Origin: Candidatus Thalassarchaeaceae archaeon
GTDB lineage: Archaea; Thermoplasmatota; Poseidoniia; Poseidoniales; Thalassarchaeaceae
Direction: 5' to 3'
DNA length: 64,000 bases
Assembly (NCBI GenBank): GCA_034399535.1
Contig: DASCSS010000010.1
Location: 2,096 to 66,095 of the forward strand
Position numbers and translations under genes: made by a program. Below the pieces are notes generated by a model. The model saw only the letters and a list, made by a program, of their open reading frames with translations. It was not told where the DNA came from and did no database searches. Below, piece by piece: positions 29,301 to 38,801 of the stretch. Every line of letters starts with the position of its first letter. The stretch's first letter is position 1.

Positions 29301-32300
29301 CTTCCCACCAAGTGGACTCTCCCAAATCGGCGTCCATGATTTCGGCATCAATGACTTCTCCATTGTTGGATTTGTTCTCCAGCACCCTGTTACACTCCTC
29401 GGGATCAATGAAAATCAAGAAAACCACAGCGATCATCGTGAGGGCCGCACCGGTGTAGATTGCCGGGATGACGTCGTTGTCAAAGAATTCCAAGACCTGC
29501 CCTGTCTTGGAGAGTGCTATCACACCCCCTAAATTGAACATCGACATGTATGCAGTGAATTGAGTCCCTCCCACCTTGCTCCATGTCATTTTCATGCACA
29601 CAGCAACTACAGCGATGAAGGCGACGCCCGTGACGAAGCCTTTGATTAAAACGTATATCACCATGATTGGGGTGTTTGTCCAGAATGGTTCCAGGATGGC
29701 AAGCATGCCATTGCATATCGCTAGGCAGGTGAATCCAATCATTCCCATTCTCCTTACGCCAAATTTTTCCCCGAGGAAACCGCCCGAGATTTGGCCAAAC
29801 ATGGTTGCTAGGATACCACCCCCGCCCACGATCAAGCTGTACTTTGCATCCCCCCAACCAGACTGTACAACTAATATGTCAATGATAATAGGGTCAAGGA
29901 AGTAGTACATTTCGGTAAGAAGGCAGCAGAAAATCAGAAGGAAGGAAGACTTCAGATGGAATGCCTTGGTTAAGTTGAAACTAGTCTGAGCAAGAGTTCT
30001 CATGGAGGATTGCGGCAACAAAGAGAATGGATTGTTTACCTTGAGCAAAGAAGCATCCCCGTCATTACGTGAGCCTAATCTTTCGAGAAATGCTACAAAT
30101 ACTGCGAGGACTAAGCCTCCGAATGCGACTATCTTGGCCTTTGAGTAGAATGGCACTGTGAGATCCACTGATACGATGGCAAACACAAGGCCGGACACGA
30201 AGATAAAGATCGAGATTATCGTGATAAATGCTGGAACGGAAATTTTCTCTTCGAAGGTCGCCTTTCCCACTGCTACGGCAGCCCACCACCTAGATTCCTC
30301 CGGATCATCCCAGTAGAGCTTCTCATCCACTTCATCCGACTCCTCGAAGAGGCTGTCTTTCTCTGGCCCGGTAGACTCGGAAGTCCGGGTGGACCACGGG
30401 AATAGCCTAGTACCCGGCTTCTCGTATAGGAACATGGGCAGCACCATGATCAGAAGTAGTAGGGGGAGCTGGATAGCGAGCATCCCCCTGATACCAATTG
30501 TGCTGACCAAACTGCCAAGAACAGCCCCTCCAACTATCATCCCAGCCCTCTTTGATGCGAACATATATCCATTCACCTTCGAAACCTCGTGATCTTGCAA
30601 AACGTCGACTGCTAGAGCGTCAGTGCTGACGTCCTGAAGGGAAGCGAAGATGTTGTGGATGAACATGAGCGATATCACAATGTCGATCTGCTCGATCAGG
30701 TTAGGAACAAAGAGAATAATTCCGATGGTCACGGCCATTCCAAACTGAGAGAGGAGGACCCAAAGCCTTCGTTTTCCATAAATTGGGATGTTTAGTGTAT
30801 CGATTACAGGCCCCCATATCCATTTGAAGGTCCAGGGAAGAGCTATCGTGGCCAGAAGAGTTCCGGTTTGCCCTGCAGTGAAGCCATTTTCGGCCAAGTA
30901 TGCTACGAATGCAACTACGGCGAACCCCCATGGGAGGCCTTGAGCGAAGTATAGAATGCACAGGGAAACCATTCTTCTGAGCCTGTTGTCCGTTAGGCTC
31001 TCCCCATCGAACCACTCTTCAATCAGTCGTTCCCTGTGGAAAACCACGTACCCGAGCATCAAGGCAAACATCAGAGCTACTGCGATTACCAGAATTCTGG
31101 AAGCGCCCGAATCGTCGGACTCGTCGGCTACTTCTGGCATATCGAGTAGGATTACCCTTCGGGCGTCTACTGGGGAAATGTGTTCATCGTCGACTACCAG
31201 TCTGGCATAGATTGTCGAATTTCCAGATTCAACGTGTGGTTCCAATCGGATGCTCCAAAGGGCCCAGTTACCCAGTGGGGAGTCGTCCACGGCTTCCTTC
31301 CATTCTCCTCCTCCTACTCTAACCTCAACCCTCGTCTGGCTTCCAGGTTCTGATGATCCTGCCTTTGCTCCCAATGATGACCCATGTATGTTGCTCTCAT
31401 TGAGTACCTCTCCCATAGTGGAAATCTCCATCGAAATATTCAGGGAGCGGTCAATGCTGCCTGCAGCCTCAACGAATGCAGTTGGATCCGCCTGCCCGTA
31501 GCCAAACTCATTGTCGGGTCGAGTTTCTAGAATGCTGCAGTCGTTGAAACCAGGATCATCCAGCAATTGGATGTCGCGCTCGATGGAATGGGCGCCAATG
31601 ATGTCTTTGAACTCAGTCGGGGTTAGGTCGGGATTTGCCTGCACCATCAACGCTGCAATCCCTGCCATCAGTGGGGTGGCCATGCTGGTTCCAGATTTGC
31701 TCACGTATCCGTCCTGTGTTGCAGCATCGGGAGCCATGATGTCTGAGCCAATGGTTGCCACGTCGGGCTTAACCCTGAGGTCAGATGTGTATCCCCGACT
31801 GCTGTAGATTGCCAAGCCCAAATCCTTGTCCAGGCTTGCAACAGTGACCGGGAGTCTGGCATCCCCCGGGCTGTCAATCGTGTTGCAACCCGCTATCGTG
31901 AGTCCGCCAAATTCGTTTCCGGCCGAGAGAGTGGTGATAATGCCCGCTTCGACAACCATGTCCATCTGGCGGCTCCATGCGGAGTTGCCATCGTTGTCAA
32001 CGTGAATCTCGAACTGCTGCTCTCCCAATGAAGAGGTTACGATGTCAATACCATACTTGTCCTTGTTGTCTATGGCCCACTGGGCCCCTTGCATCACATC
32101 CTCAATGTCACCGTCACAGCATCCGAGGATGTTGATCAGGTGGGCACCGGGTGCTGCTCCGATGTAACGGAGCCCGGTTTCAGGATCAGTCTGGCCGCCT
32201 CCTGTCCCAGCTGCTATCCCTGCAACATGACTGCCATGGGTCCCAGAGTCGTATGAGGACGAGGGGTCCTGCTCTTCGTCAGTGAATACCGCATCATAGA

Positions 32301-33030
32301 AGGCGATTATTTTGGGATCGCAGTCCGAAGGAATGGGATCTGGGTCAGGATCAAATGGATCTGGATCAGGAGGTTCGTCGAAGCAGGTGAATGGGTCATC
32401 GTCCATGTCGTTGAGTCCCTCGTGATCTCCTCGTACTCCCGTATCCAGAACGGCAATTACAGCACCAGTTCCATCGAATCCGAAATCTTGCCATACCGCG
32501 TCGACCCCCATATTGGGGACTGCCTCGTGCATGTTCGTTTCGGCGAGGCCTAGGTCTTCGACCATAACGATTCCAGGCAATGCTCTGATTTCCTCGGGGT
32601 CCAGAATTGAAGCAAGGGGGGCAGTAGCTGACAGCGTGTCCAAATATGCGAAACGGAAAGTCACTTCCACACCTAGAGCTTCTAACGATTCCACGTCTGC
32701 ATCGGTGGGATGATGATCGTAATCCAAGAAGATCCTCGCGCTTCCGGTTGGTGCCCTCCTCCACCAGTCCCTCTGAGTCTCATCCGGCTGCTCCATGAGC
32801 CACTCAAGCCGATCATCCAAGGAGTCGTGATCCTTGTCCCGGCTCCAATGAGTCCACCATTCTGAATGAATCTCTAGCTCGACGCTCGGCGACCAAATTC
32901 CTTCTGCATCGAGTCCTCCTCGAGGACTCTCTTCAGGAGAGATAGAAGATGCAGCGAGAGGTGTAGCGAGAGCCAAAATCAGAAAGCAAGCTAGGGTGCC
33001 CTTGCGTATGCCCATGGCCCTACGGGCCAC
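29266..33030 (-). CDS. Fusion protein: secreted S8 subtilase + TM anchor + AmpG/SLC33-like MFS permease
   Basis: Signal peptide; triad VLDTG / THGSHVAG / GTSMATP with oxyanion SAGNE; then LYFAQGLPWGF, LPWTFKWIWGPVID, GKRRLW, ASLQDVSTDALAVD, GGTQFTAYMSMFNLG; uninterrupted ORF. Confidence 0.9.
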   Translation of the reverse strand: MARRAMGIRKGTLACFLILALATPLAASSISPEESPRGGLDAEGIWSPSVELEIHSEWWTHWSRDKDHDSLDDRLEWLMEQPDETQRDWWRRAPTGSARIFLDYDHHPTDADVESLEALGVEVTFRFAYLDTLSATAPLASILDPEEIRALPGIVMVEDLGLAETNMHEAVPNMGVDAVWQDFGFDGTGAVIAVLDTGVRGDHEGLNDMDDDPFTCFDEPPDPDPFDPDPDPIPSDCDPKIIAFYDAVFTDEEQDPSSSYDSGTHGSHVAGIAAGTGGGQTDPETGLRYIGAAPGAHLINILGCCDGDIEDVMQGAQWAIDNKDKYGIDIVTSSLGEQQFEIHVDNDGNSAWSRQMDMVVEAGIITTLSAGNEFGGLTIAGCNTIDSPGDARLPVTVASLDKDLGLAIYSSRGYTSDLRVKPDVATIGSDIMAPDAATQDGYVSKSGTSMATPLMAGIAALMVQANPDLTPTEFKDIIGAHSIERDIQLLDDPGFNDCSILETRPDNEFGYGQADPTAFVEAAGSIDRSLNISMEISTMGEVLNESNIHGSSLGAKAGSSEPGSQTRVEVRVGGGEWKEAVDDSPLGNWALWSIRLEPHVESGNSTIYARLVVDDEHISPVDARRVILLDMPEVADESDDSGASRILVIAVALMFALMLGYVVFHRERLIEEWFDGESLTDNRLRRMVSLCILYFAQGLPWGFAVVAFVAYLAENGFTAGQTGTLLATIALPWTFKWIWGPVIDTLNIPIYGKRRLWVLLSQFGMAVTIGIILFVPNLIEQIDIVISLMFIHNIFASLQDVSTDALAVDVLQDHEVSKVNGYMFASKRAGMIVGGAVLGSLVSTIGIRGMLAIQLPLLLLIMVLPMFLYEKPGTRLFPWSTRTSESTGPEKDSLFEESDEVDEKLYWDDPEESRWWAAVAVGKATFEEKISVPAFITIISIFIFVSGLVFAIVSVDLTVPFYSKAKIVAFGGLVLAVFVAFLERLGSRNDGDASLLKVNNPFSLLPQSSMRTLAQTSFNLTKAFHLKSSFLLIFCCLLTEMYYFLDPIIIDILVVQSGWGDAKYSLIVGGGGILATMFGQISGGFLGEKFGVRRMGMIGFTCLAICNGMLAILEPFWTNTPIMVIYVLIKGFVTGVAFIAVVAVCMKMTWSKVGGTQFTAYMSMFNLGGVIALSKTGQVLEFFDNDVIPAIYTGAALTMIAVVFLIFIDPEECNRVLENKSNNGEVIDAEIMDADLGESTWWEDEGGGDSVTAA
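33015..33029. repeat. Palindrome TGGCCC-TAC-GGGCCA (GTA loop on the minus strand)
   Basis: Perfect 6-bp stem at the start region of the S8-MFS gene. Confidence 0.55.
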
Positions 33031-33057
33031 TAGTCATGTTTGAGGATTCGGACTAGG

Positions 33058-33927
33058 CTATTCACCCGTGATTGTGAATCCTTGCTCGTCGTAGTCCCAA
33101 TCAATGACCTGCCAACCGGCCTCCTCGACGCTTGAGCTGACTTCTTCCCTGATATTGGGGGCACAAAGAAGTCCTGCACATCCCCCTCCTCCGGCCCCTA
33201 AGGCCTTCCATGCGACTACTTGCCCGCTAGAAATTAGTGGCCCGACTACCTCTCGGAAGGGGTCATGGATCGTGCGATCGATCATGTCAACACCTTCGCA
33301 GACCTCTTTTAGTGAGTTGACAACCATATCCCTCCTATCTTGCTGAAGACCATTTGCCATTGGTCTTGCAGCGGCCCTAATCCTATGGAGTCCATCGATA
33401 ACTGATTGATCTCCTTCGGAGTATCTCTTCCAGACCTTTTCCTGCATTTCCCCCGAATTTCGACTCTCACCGGAATAGGCCAAGAGAAGGTGCTTGCGAA
33501 GCCACATCTTTGCTGACCTCATTGGTTCGAAGGGAATCACCTCTACTGAATCACCGATGAAGAGTAGGTGGTTGAAGCCCCCTCTTGCCGATGCCCACTG
33601 GTCCTGCCTCCCACATACCATCCCATCTCTTGACTCCAGTTCGAAGGCCAGCTCAGCTAATTCTTCTGGGATTTCAGTAGAATCGGAAAGTAGGCCTGCA
33701 ATTGCCACGTTCATTGCACTGCTAGTCCCCAATCCAGAACCTCTGGGTGTTTCAAAGTTCAATACGATGTCATCTGGCCCTGAGTCCCCTCCAACTGCTG
33801 TAACCCTACGATTAATTGCGAAGTTCACGACTTCTCCGCCAAAATCTCTAGGATAAGGTCCTACATCGGTCCAGCCTCCTGCCAAATCAACTCGGACCGG
33901 GGCCGAGGCCTGTCTCCTTTCTGCCAC
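33058..33927 (-). CDS. GHMP kinase (HddA/sugar-phosphate kinase-like)
   Basis: APVRVDLAGGWTD, GSGLGTSS, GRQDQWA, KALGAGGGG. Confidence 0.85.
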   Translation of the reverse strand: MAERRQASAPVRVDLAGGWTDVGPYPRDFGGEVVNFAINRRVTAVGGDSGPDDIVLNFETPRGSGLGTSSAMNVAIAGLLSDSTEIPEELAELAFELESRDGMVCGRQDQWASARGGFNHLLFIGDSVEVIPFEPMRSAKMWLRKHLLLAYSGESRNSGEMQEKVWKRYSEGDQSVIDGLHRIRAAARPMANGLQQDRRDMVVNSLKEVCEGVDMIDRTIHDPFREVVGPLISSGQVVAWKALGAGGGGCAGLLCAPNIREEVSSSVEEAGWQVIDWDYDEQGFTITGE

Positions 33928-33986
33928 GTCCTTGGCATCACTGCCCGAGTCATCATTGTTACTGGGACCGAAAATAACGGGTACTT

Positions 33987-34718
33987 GTGACCCCTCCGGG
34001 TGACATGGACCCTAGCGTGGAGGCTGCAGTTGCCGCTTTCTCAAGGGGAGAGCCGGTGATGATATTCGACTCGGCCTATCGCGAGAGGGAGACAGACCTT
34101 CTCTGGCCTGCTGCCGCTGCCTCACCAGAAGTGATGCGCAGGCTGCGGAAGGATTGTGGGGGACTTCTATTTCTGGCGATTGGAAATGAGGTGGGGGAGA
34201 AGTTCGGGCTACCCTGGCTACAGGATATCCACACCCATCCTTCATTATTGGAGGAAAATCCTGTACTTGGTCACCTGATTACCAATGACCTGCAGTACGA
34301 CAATAGATCTGCCTTCACGGTATCATTGAACCATCGCGATACCTATACTGGAATCACAGACAGGGATAGGTCCCTGACAACTAGGAGGTTTGGAGAACTG
34401 ACCATGGAGGCCTTCGAGAATGATTTGGGTTTCAATGAGGCTATTGCGGCATTGGGAGTAGAATTCAGAACACCGGGTCACATTCCAGTTTGCAGGGAAT
34501 CCCCAGGGGGTTTGACTACACGACAGGGTCACACCGAACTGGCCGTTGCAATCGCAAGGTTAGCTGGATTGGTCCCATGTACCATAGGGGCAGAAATGCT
34601 TGAGCCGGATGGAGACGGTGCCCTCTCCGTAGATGAAGCAATGAAGTATGCTTTCAAACATGGAATTCCCATGATTACTGGAGAGGAAATCACTTCCGCA
34701 ATGGAAGAAAAAGATTAG
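33987..34718 (+). CDS. ribB: 3,4-dihydroxy-2-butanone-4-phosphate synthase (archaeal type)
   Basis: IFDSAYRERETD, SAFTVSLNH, TGITDRDR, FRTPGH, RQGHTE. Confidence 0.92.
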   Translation: MTPPGDMDPSVEAAVAAFSRGEPVMIFDSAYRERETDLLWPAAAASPEVMRRLRKDCGGLLFLAIGNEVGEKFGLPWLQDIHTHPSLLEENPVLGHLITNDLQYDNRSAFTVSLNHRDTYTGITDRDRSLTTRRFGELTMEAFENDLGFNEAIAALGVEFRTPGHIPVCRESPGGLTTRQGHTELAVAIARLAGLVPCTIGAEMLEPDGDGALSVDEAMKYAFKHGIPMITGEEITSAMEEKD

Positions 34719-34745
34719 GCGGGACTGTCTTCTAGGGGTTCTAAC

Positions 34746-35204
34746 ATGGTTCGAGTGATGGCAGTGGGAATCTTCGATCTTCTCCATGCGGGACATCTCC
34801 ATTACGTCGAGCAGGCCAAAACATTGGGAGATGAACTCGTTGTCGTAATAGCTCACGATGAAACGGTTCGATTGCAGAAGCACGAGCCTGTCACTGGTCA
34901 AGAGTTACGTAGGAGGATGGTAGAGGGGCTTAAGCCAGTAGATACTGCAATCATTGGCAACCCCCCCGGAGTACCAATTTTTGAGATTCTGAAGACGATT
35001 GAACCTGACATAATCGCTCTCGGATACGACCAGAAGCACTCAATTGATTCCATTAAAGAGGGAATGGAAAAACACGGATTCGGACATGTCAGAGTGATGC
35101 GTGTAGAGGGCCTCTCAGACGATCTAGACGGAACAAGAAAGATCATTTCGAGGATCTTAGACCTTTGGCCGAGTTCAGAGGGTGGACCTTACGAGGAAGA
35201 CTAG
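34746..35204 (+). CDS. ribL: Archaeal FAD synthase (cytidylyltransferase family)
   Basis: GIFDLLHAGH (HxGH), PDIIALGYDQ; inside the rib operon. Confidence 0.85.
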   Translation: MVRVMAVGIFDLLHAGHLHYVEQAKTLGDELVVVIAHDETVRLQKHEPVTGQELRRRMVEGLKPVDTAIIGNPPGVPIFEILKTIEPDIIALGYDQKHSIDSIKEGMEKHGFGHVRVMRVEGLSDDLDGTRKIISRILDLWPSSEGGPYEED

Positions 35205-35205
35205 T

Positions 35206-35808
35206 ATGTATACCGGAATTGTTGCCGGGACTGCCCCTGTATCAGAAATAAAGGAGGGCGAGGGCGTTCGTACGCTATCTATTGATCTTGATGGATACTC
35301 AGATGGACTGGAGGTTGGCGCAAGTGTTGCACTCGATGGGGTTTGCATGACGGTGGTTTCAATGGAAGGCACGGAGGTTCAATTCGATGCCATAGAAGAA
35401 ACACTGCAAAGAACCACACTGGGTGAGATTACGTCGGGAGAGGTTGTGAACGTCGAACGGTCGTTGAGGGTTGGAGACGAGATAGGGGGTCACATTCTGT
35501 CAGGTCACATAATGACGACTGCGAAGATTGCTAGAAAGGAGAATCGGGGAGAAGGATTGGATATTATAGTGGAGAATCCTGACAGGGCTCGGCCCTTCAT
35601 TTTGGAAAAGGGATTCATTGGTATCGATGGCATGTCTCTGACAATTGGCGAGGTATCGGAAGAGGAGTTCGCACTGCATATCATCCCCGAGACCCTAAGA
35701 ATCACGACAATTGGCCTCAAGGAAGTTGGGGACAGAGTAAATTTGGAGGTTGACTCGCACACCCAAGCAGTGGTCGAGACGATGTTGAGGATGGAGGGGG
35801 GATTGTGA
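35206..35808 (+). CDS. ribE: Riboflavin synthase, bacterial alpha-type
   Basis: MYTGIV start, GASVALDGVCMTV, VNVERS, GGHILSGH, KGFIGIDGMSLT, VNLEVD. Confidence 0.92.
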   Translation: MYTGIVAGTAPVSEIKEGEGVRTLSIDLDGYSDGLEVGASVALDGVCMTVVSMEGTEVQFDAIEETLQRTTLGEITSGEVVNVERSLRVGDEIGGHILSGHIMTTAKIARKENRGEGLDIIVENPDRARPFILEKGFIGIDGMSLTIGEVSEEEFALHIIPETLRITTIGLKEVGDRVNLEVDSHTQAVVETMLRMEGGL

Positions 35809-36200
35809 ATCTAGGAATTGTCTGTGGTTCGTTTCATCGCAAGGAAATAGAAATAATGCTCGAATATGCAAAAGAAGAAGCTGCTGAAAAAAACTGGGAG
35901 GTTGCCGATGTAGTGTGGGTCCCGGGTTCGATGGAAGCCCCTCTGGCCCTTGATAGGTTGCTGCAGAGGGAAGGAATCCAGGGTGCGGTTGTGTTGGGAA
36001 TAATTGAACGTGGGGAAACCGATCACGGGCTCGTAATGGGACAATCAGTAACTAGAGCCGTAATTGAAATTCAGATTAAGCACAACAAGCCGATTGGACT
36101 AGGGATTATCGGTCCGGGAGCGGAACCAGAGCACATCGGCCCTCGTTTAGAACCCCATGCCAGAGCTGCAGTCGGTGCTGTTGCCGCTATGGCAAAGTAA
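35805..36200 (+). CDS. ribH: 6,7-dimethyl-8-ribityllumazine synthase
   Basis: VPGSMEAP, LGIIERGETDH, KPIGLGIIG. Confidence 0.9.
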   Translation: MNLGIVCGSFHRKEIEIMLEYAKEEAAEKNWEVADVVWVPGSMEAPLALDRLLQREGIQGAVVLGIIERGETDHGLVMGQSVTRAVIEIQIKHNKPIGLGIIGPGAEPEHIGPRLEPHARAAVGAVAAMAK

Positions 36201-36207
36201 TCGCTAT

Positions 36208-36531
36208 TCACTGTCCTGGAAGCCTGAAATTTCCTAGATCAGCACTAGTAATCTTATCCATCTCCTCCACAGAAATGAGGGGGGTTAGTTTTCCATTGAA
36301 TACTCCTGAAGCCCCAACGGCAAGGGAGAAGGCAGTAATCTTGACATTGTCCGGAACATCCATGATGCACATGAAATCTTTTTCTCCATAACACCAGTAG
36401 TACGCTTCGAGCGTACCTCCAAATGATTCCGCGATTCTCACGGCCTCATCCCTACGAGCTGTTCCACCTTCCTTTAGGAGACCTGCAGCACCTTCAGCAG
36501 TATAGCTTCCTGAAAACATGAATTTGGGCAT
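36208..36531 (-). CDS. GYD domain protein
   Basis: MPKFMFSGSYTAEGAAGL...GGTLEAYYWCYGEKD; start ATG at 36531. Confidence 0.8.
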   Translation of the reverse strand: MPKFMFSGSYTAEGAAGLLKEGGTARRDEAVRIAESFGGTLEAYYWCYGEKDFMCIMDVPDNVKITAFSLAVGASGVFNGKLTPLISVEEMDKITSADLGNFRLPGQ

Positions 36532-36535
36532 AAAA

Positions 36536-36577
36536 TGGACAGTTTTTGATTGATATATTACTATTTTGGACGGTTTT
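36536..36577. promoter_or_regulatory. Direct repeat TGGAC(A/G)GTTTT x2 flanking the TATA-like box of the GYD gene
   Basis: Copies at 36536-36546 and 36567-36577, 31 bp apart, with ATATATTA at 36553-36560 between them. Confidence 0.45.
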
Positions 36578-36641
36578 CGGATAGGAAATATTGATTTCAT
36601 CACGGTCAAGATTCAAAGGATGCCGAGTCTCACGATAAGAT

Positions 36642-37571
36642 ATGGGAGAAGCGGCTAGGAGAGTTGTCATCATTGGCTCGGGACCTGCAGGTTATACTGC
36701 TGGCCTATATGCAGCTAGAGCTCTGCTTGAACCGCTAATGTTTGCCGGGTACATGTCAGGAGGTCAGCTAATGCTAACTTCAGATGTGGAGAATTTTCCA
36801 GGATACCCTCAAGGTGTTGAAGGCCCCGCGATGATGGTACACATGAGAGATCAGGCAGAGAGATTTGGTCTCGAGATTCAAGACAAGAATGTGGAGCGAG
36901 TAGATCTCTCAGAGCGTCCATTCGGAGTTTGGGTAGAAGGAGAAGAGTTCCGTGCAGAGAGTCTGATAATTTGTACTGGGGCCGAAGCGATATGGCTAGG
37001 GGCAGAGGGCGAAGATGAGCAGAAGGGGAGGGGAATTTCCACATGTGCAACCTGTGATGGCGCATTCTTCCGGGATGAGGAGATTATTGTAATAGGTGGA
37101 GGAGATTCTGCGATGGAAGAGGCCATCTTCCTAACCAGATTTGCAAGCAAGGTGACCATAATCCATCGTAGAGATGTTTTCAGATCATCAAAAGTGATGT
37201 ACGAAAGGGCTGCTAAACATCCGAAAATAGAAATCAAAACATTCCGACAAGTGAAGAAATGGATGGCCAATTCAGATGGCCTTACTGGAGCTCTGCTTGA
37301 AGATCCAAGAGACGGTTCGGAAGAGGAAATAGGATGTTCTGGTGCATTTATTGCAATTGGCCACAAGCCAATTACAAACTTCCTAGAGGGACAATTGAAG
37401 ACTGACGGAGAAGGGTACCTGATGCATGTTGACAATACTATGACGAACGTAGCCGGAGTCTTCGCTGCTGGTGATGTCGTCGATAAGAGATACCGGCAGG
37501 CAATAACTGCTGCAGGAATGGGTTGCCAGGCGGCCATAGATGCAGAAAGATGGTTGGAAGATCAGCGCTGA
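36642..37571 (+). CDS. trxB: Thioredoxin reductase
   Basis: IIGSGPAGYTA, VENFPG, CATCDG, GGGDSAMEEA, FAAGDV. Confidence 0.96.
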   Translation: MGEAARRVVIIGSGPAGYTAGLYAARALLEPLMFAGYMSGGQLMLTSDVENFPGYPQGVEGPAMMVHMRDQAERFGLEIQDKNVERVDLSERPFGVWVEGEEFRAESLIICTGAEAIWLGAEGEDEQKGRGISTCATCDGAFFRDEEIIVIGGGDSAMEEAIFLTRFASKVTIIHRRDVFRSSKVMYERAAKHPKIEIKTFRQVKKWMANSDGLTGALLEDPRDGSEEEIGCSGAFIAIGHKPITNFLEGQLKTDGEGYLMHVDNTMTNVAGVFAAGDVVDKRYRQAITAAGMGCQAAIDAERWLEDQR

Positions 37572-37697
37572 GACCTGCCCATGTTCAGCCCCATGGTGTT
37601 CGAAGTTCGGTAAACCTCGGGTTAATTGTCCGAGATTACCCTTGAAAGAAGTGCCTTGACCGAAGGGCACTTGTCATCTATCCCTTCTCGCAGAACC

Positions 37698-38801
37698 ATG
37701 AAGGGCGGCCTGAGTGATGACCAGATGGAGCGATATGCCCGACACATCTCTCTTCCGGGGGTTGGTGAGGAAGGCCAGTTGTTAATGCTGAGTTCCTCGG
37801 TGTTAGTCATTGGAGCAGGAGGTTTGGGTTCGCCTGCCCTACTATATCTCTCTGCAGCGGGTGTGGGAAAAATTGGAGTAATGGATCATGACTCAGTTAG
37901 CCTGTCAAACCTACAGAGGCAGGTGATTCACTCAAATGCGGCGATTGGTGAATCGAAGGCCATCTCTGCTGCACGAAGAATTTCGGAACTCAATCCTGAT
38001 GTGGAAGTCGTTGCAATAGGTGAAAAACTGACTCATGAAAATGCAATTGATATTTTCGAAGATTTTGACGTTATATTGGACGGAACTGATAATTTTGAAA
38101 CTAGATATCTGATTGGGGACGTTTGTGAAGTTCTAGAAAAGCCATGGGTTTTCGGAAGCATACACAGATTCGAGGGGCAGGTATCGACATTCAATCTCAA
38201 GGGTGGGCCCAACTACAGGGACCTGTTTCCCCAGTCCCCTCCACCAGAACTTGCACCCAATTGCGCCGAAGCCGGCGTTCTTGGGGTCCTTCCTGGCATT
38301 GTAGGAACGATTCAAGCCACTGAGGCATTAAAGATAATTCTGAATATTGGAGAAACATTAGATGGGAATCTGCTAACAATTAATGCAAAAGACATGGATA
38401 TGAGAAAGCTGTCATTCAACTTGGATGCTAGTAGAGAACGTGTGAGTTCTACAAATTTCCCAACGCAAGTGAGTTTCGCAGAAATCAGTCCAATTGACTT
38501 CGTAGAACGCTCCAATGACGGTTGGGCGCCATTTCTGCTGGATGTTAGAGGGGCAGAGGAAGAGCAGATCACCACATTAGATGGGACAGATTTGCGTATT
38601 CAGCATCTCCAGGTCCCCTCAAGAATTCATGAAATCCCTCAAAACAAAGACATCGTAGTGTATTGCAGGATTGGTAGCAGATCTGCTGCTATTGCCAGAT
38701 TACTAGTTGAGTCAGGAAGACCCCCTGAGAGCATCTACAACCTATTCGGGGGAATTCACCTATGGGCCGACACGGTAGATTCTTCAATAATTAAATACTA
38801 A
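37698..38801 (+). CDS. moeB: MoeB/MoeZ (UBA/ThiF adenylyltransferase + C-terminal rhodanese)
   Basis: ERYARH, IGAGGLGSP, SNLQRQ, DGTDNFETRY, NCAEAGVLG, rhodanese VYCRIGSRS. Confidence 0.9.
   Translation: MKGGLSDDQMERYARHISLPGVGEEGQLLMLSSSVLVIGAGGLGSPALLYLSAAGVGKIGVMDHDSVSLSNLQRQVIHSNAAIGESKAISAARRISELNPDVEVVAIGEKLTHENAIDIFEDFDVILDGTDNFETRYLIGDVCEVLEKPWVFGSIHRFEGQVSTFNLKGGPNYRDLFPQSPPPELAPNCAEAGVLGVLPGIVGTIQATEALKIILNIGETLDGNLLTINAKDMDMRKLSFNLDASRERVSSTNFPTQVSFAEISPIDFVERSNDGWAPFLLDVRGAEEEQITTLDGTDLRIQHLQVPSRIHEIPQNKDIVVYCRIGSRSAAIARLLVESGRPPESIYNLFGGIHLWADTVDSSIIKY

Noticed and set aside
32330..32392. GGATC-rich repeats (PDPDPFDPDPDP)
   Set aside because: Low-complexity Pro/Asp loop within the S8 domain; not an array or mobile repeat
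36878..37537. 219-aa antisense ORF to trxB, and similar shadows such as 8150-8803 and 51419-51976
   Set aside because: Ser/Pro-rich mirrors of well-supported genes, with no motifs of their own
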